From: Setoptus koraiensis
Taxonomy: Eukaryota > Animalia > Arthropoda
Direction: 5' to 3'
DNA: 63,640 nucleotides
Assembly: GCA_048013815.1 (NCBI GenBank)
Contig: CM106585.1
Span: forward strand, 20,584,361 to 20,648,000
Translations under genes and position numbers: made by a program
Shown here: piece by piece, positions 62,723 to 63,640 of the stretch
Layout of the letters: the number at the start of each line of letters is the position of its first letter
Position numbering within the stretch: the stretch's first letter is position 1
Notes under the pieces: model-generated
Databases searched by the model: none
The model's input: the letters and a program-made list of their open reading frames with translations, nothing else
Told to the model about the DNA's origin: nothing

Positions 62723-62978
62723 TAAATTCATCCATTACAATCTCCGTGTCCGCTTTCTGGGGCACTCACTCACTCACTCAACATAATGTGTATCAATTAC
62801 GTAATACCTCAATTCATCAATTCATAGAAGTAACTGATTATGTTAGAATTGTTGCACCTGTATGCAGTGTTGTATGCCGCGAATGTGTTTTCTCTATGAG
62901 CACAAACATTACTATGTAATTTATTTTGATCCTAATTTATATCATTGTTGACGCTACCATCTATTACAACTTATCGTC

Positions 62979-63640
62979 TCACCTTTTGTCGCTTAATAGA
63001 TGGCTTGTTGTATTTAGTTTGAAGTATGCGATAAGCGACTCTTTGGAATTGCGCTCTTGTAACTTTTGCCAGAATCTCGATGATGTGTCGACGGATGTGT
63101 TCTGTTGTTGTGCAGTACTATTCATTGGTGTCTCTCTGTGGCTAAATCTTTGAGATCCATTGATTGTACAAAGACTGACTGTTTCGGGCAACTGATTATC
63201 TTGGGTGATTTGCAATTTTTGTGCATCGGGCAGTAGCCACTTTTGTTCGAATTCCGACCAATTCGACAGACCTCTAACATGGCGAGTGAAACTCTTGAAG
63301 GGCTTATCTTTGACTTCCGCTTCCAGCGACGATATCGACGAGGAATCGTCCCTGTCAGGATCAAAGTTGTTGTTTTGCTCATCAATTACGCGTGCAAGGG
63401 GAGTCCGACAATTTACCGAACAGTATATAAATTCGGCTAGTTGCTTGAAGAATTTAATCTCTTTGCTTTGTTTGTAGATCTTTTCCGCCATGTCCGATTT
63501 ATCGAGCTCATAATCGCGCGTCATTTCGCTTATTTCCTGTTCCAAATTTGCTATGCGCATTTCGCAATCTTTGATCACATCCGATTTGGTGGCAAGCTCC
63601 TGAGAGACGTCGCCGAAGGCTCTCACAAGCTTTAGGTCGT
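62979..63640 (-). CDS. Kinesin-2 (KIF17/OSM-3-like) stalk and tail, 5'-truncated by the window
   Basis: Coiled coil IANLEQEISEMTRDYELDKSDMAEKIYKQSKEIKFFKQL, followed by SNWSEFEQKWLLP, resembling kinesin-2 tail motifs. The motor domain lies outside the window. Confidence 0.6.
   Translation of the reverse strand, partial: DLKLVRAFGDVSQELATKSDVIKDCEMRIANLEQEISEMTRDYELDKSDMAEKIYKQSKEIKFFKQLAEFIYCSVNCRTPLARVIDEQNNNFDPDRDDSSSISSLEAEVKDKPFKSFTRHVRGLSNWSEFEQKWLLPDAQKLQITQDNQLPETVSLCTINGSQRFSHRETPMNSTAQQQNTSVDTSSRFWQKLQERNSKESLIAYFKLNTTSHLLSDKR

Overview
Eukaryotic genomic DNA from a compact, intron-poor animal genome. The gene style suggests an acariform (possibly eriophyoid) mite, but that is inference. 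There are two dense gene blocks. The first (1-8 kb) holds the 3' part of RFK, SRSF1, PHF5A, METTL16 and BBS5. The second (47.7-63.6 kb) holds a 5-exon Cys-rich cell-surface protein, IWS1, AFG3L2 and a kinesin-2 tail. Between them is a ~40 kb GC-rich, repeat-rich gene desert. It contains a nested DNA-transposon cluster (hAT, a Tc1/mariner with DD42D spacing, and a GGGTGTTCCATCGAA-TIR family), an orphan mucin-like exon and many PAR-bZIP/D-box-type motifs. The standout observation is 1,360 nt (51225-52584) with no AG dinucleotide on the + strand. It ends exactly at the frame-restoring 3' splice site of exon 3 of the surface-protein gene, and that acceptor has an (AAC)n run instead of a polypyrimidine tract. 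This points to a very distant branch point with long-range AG scanning. All counts and alignments were done by eye, with no database searches.
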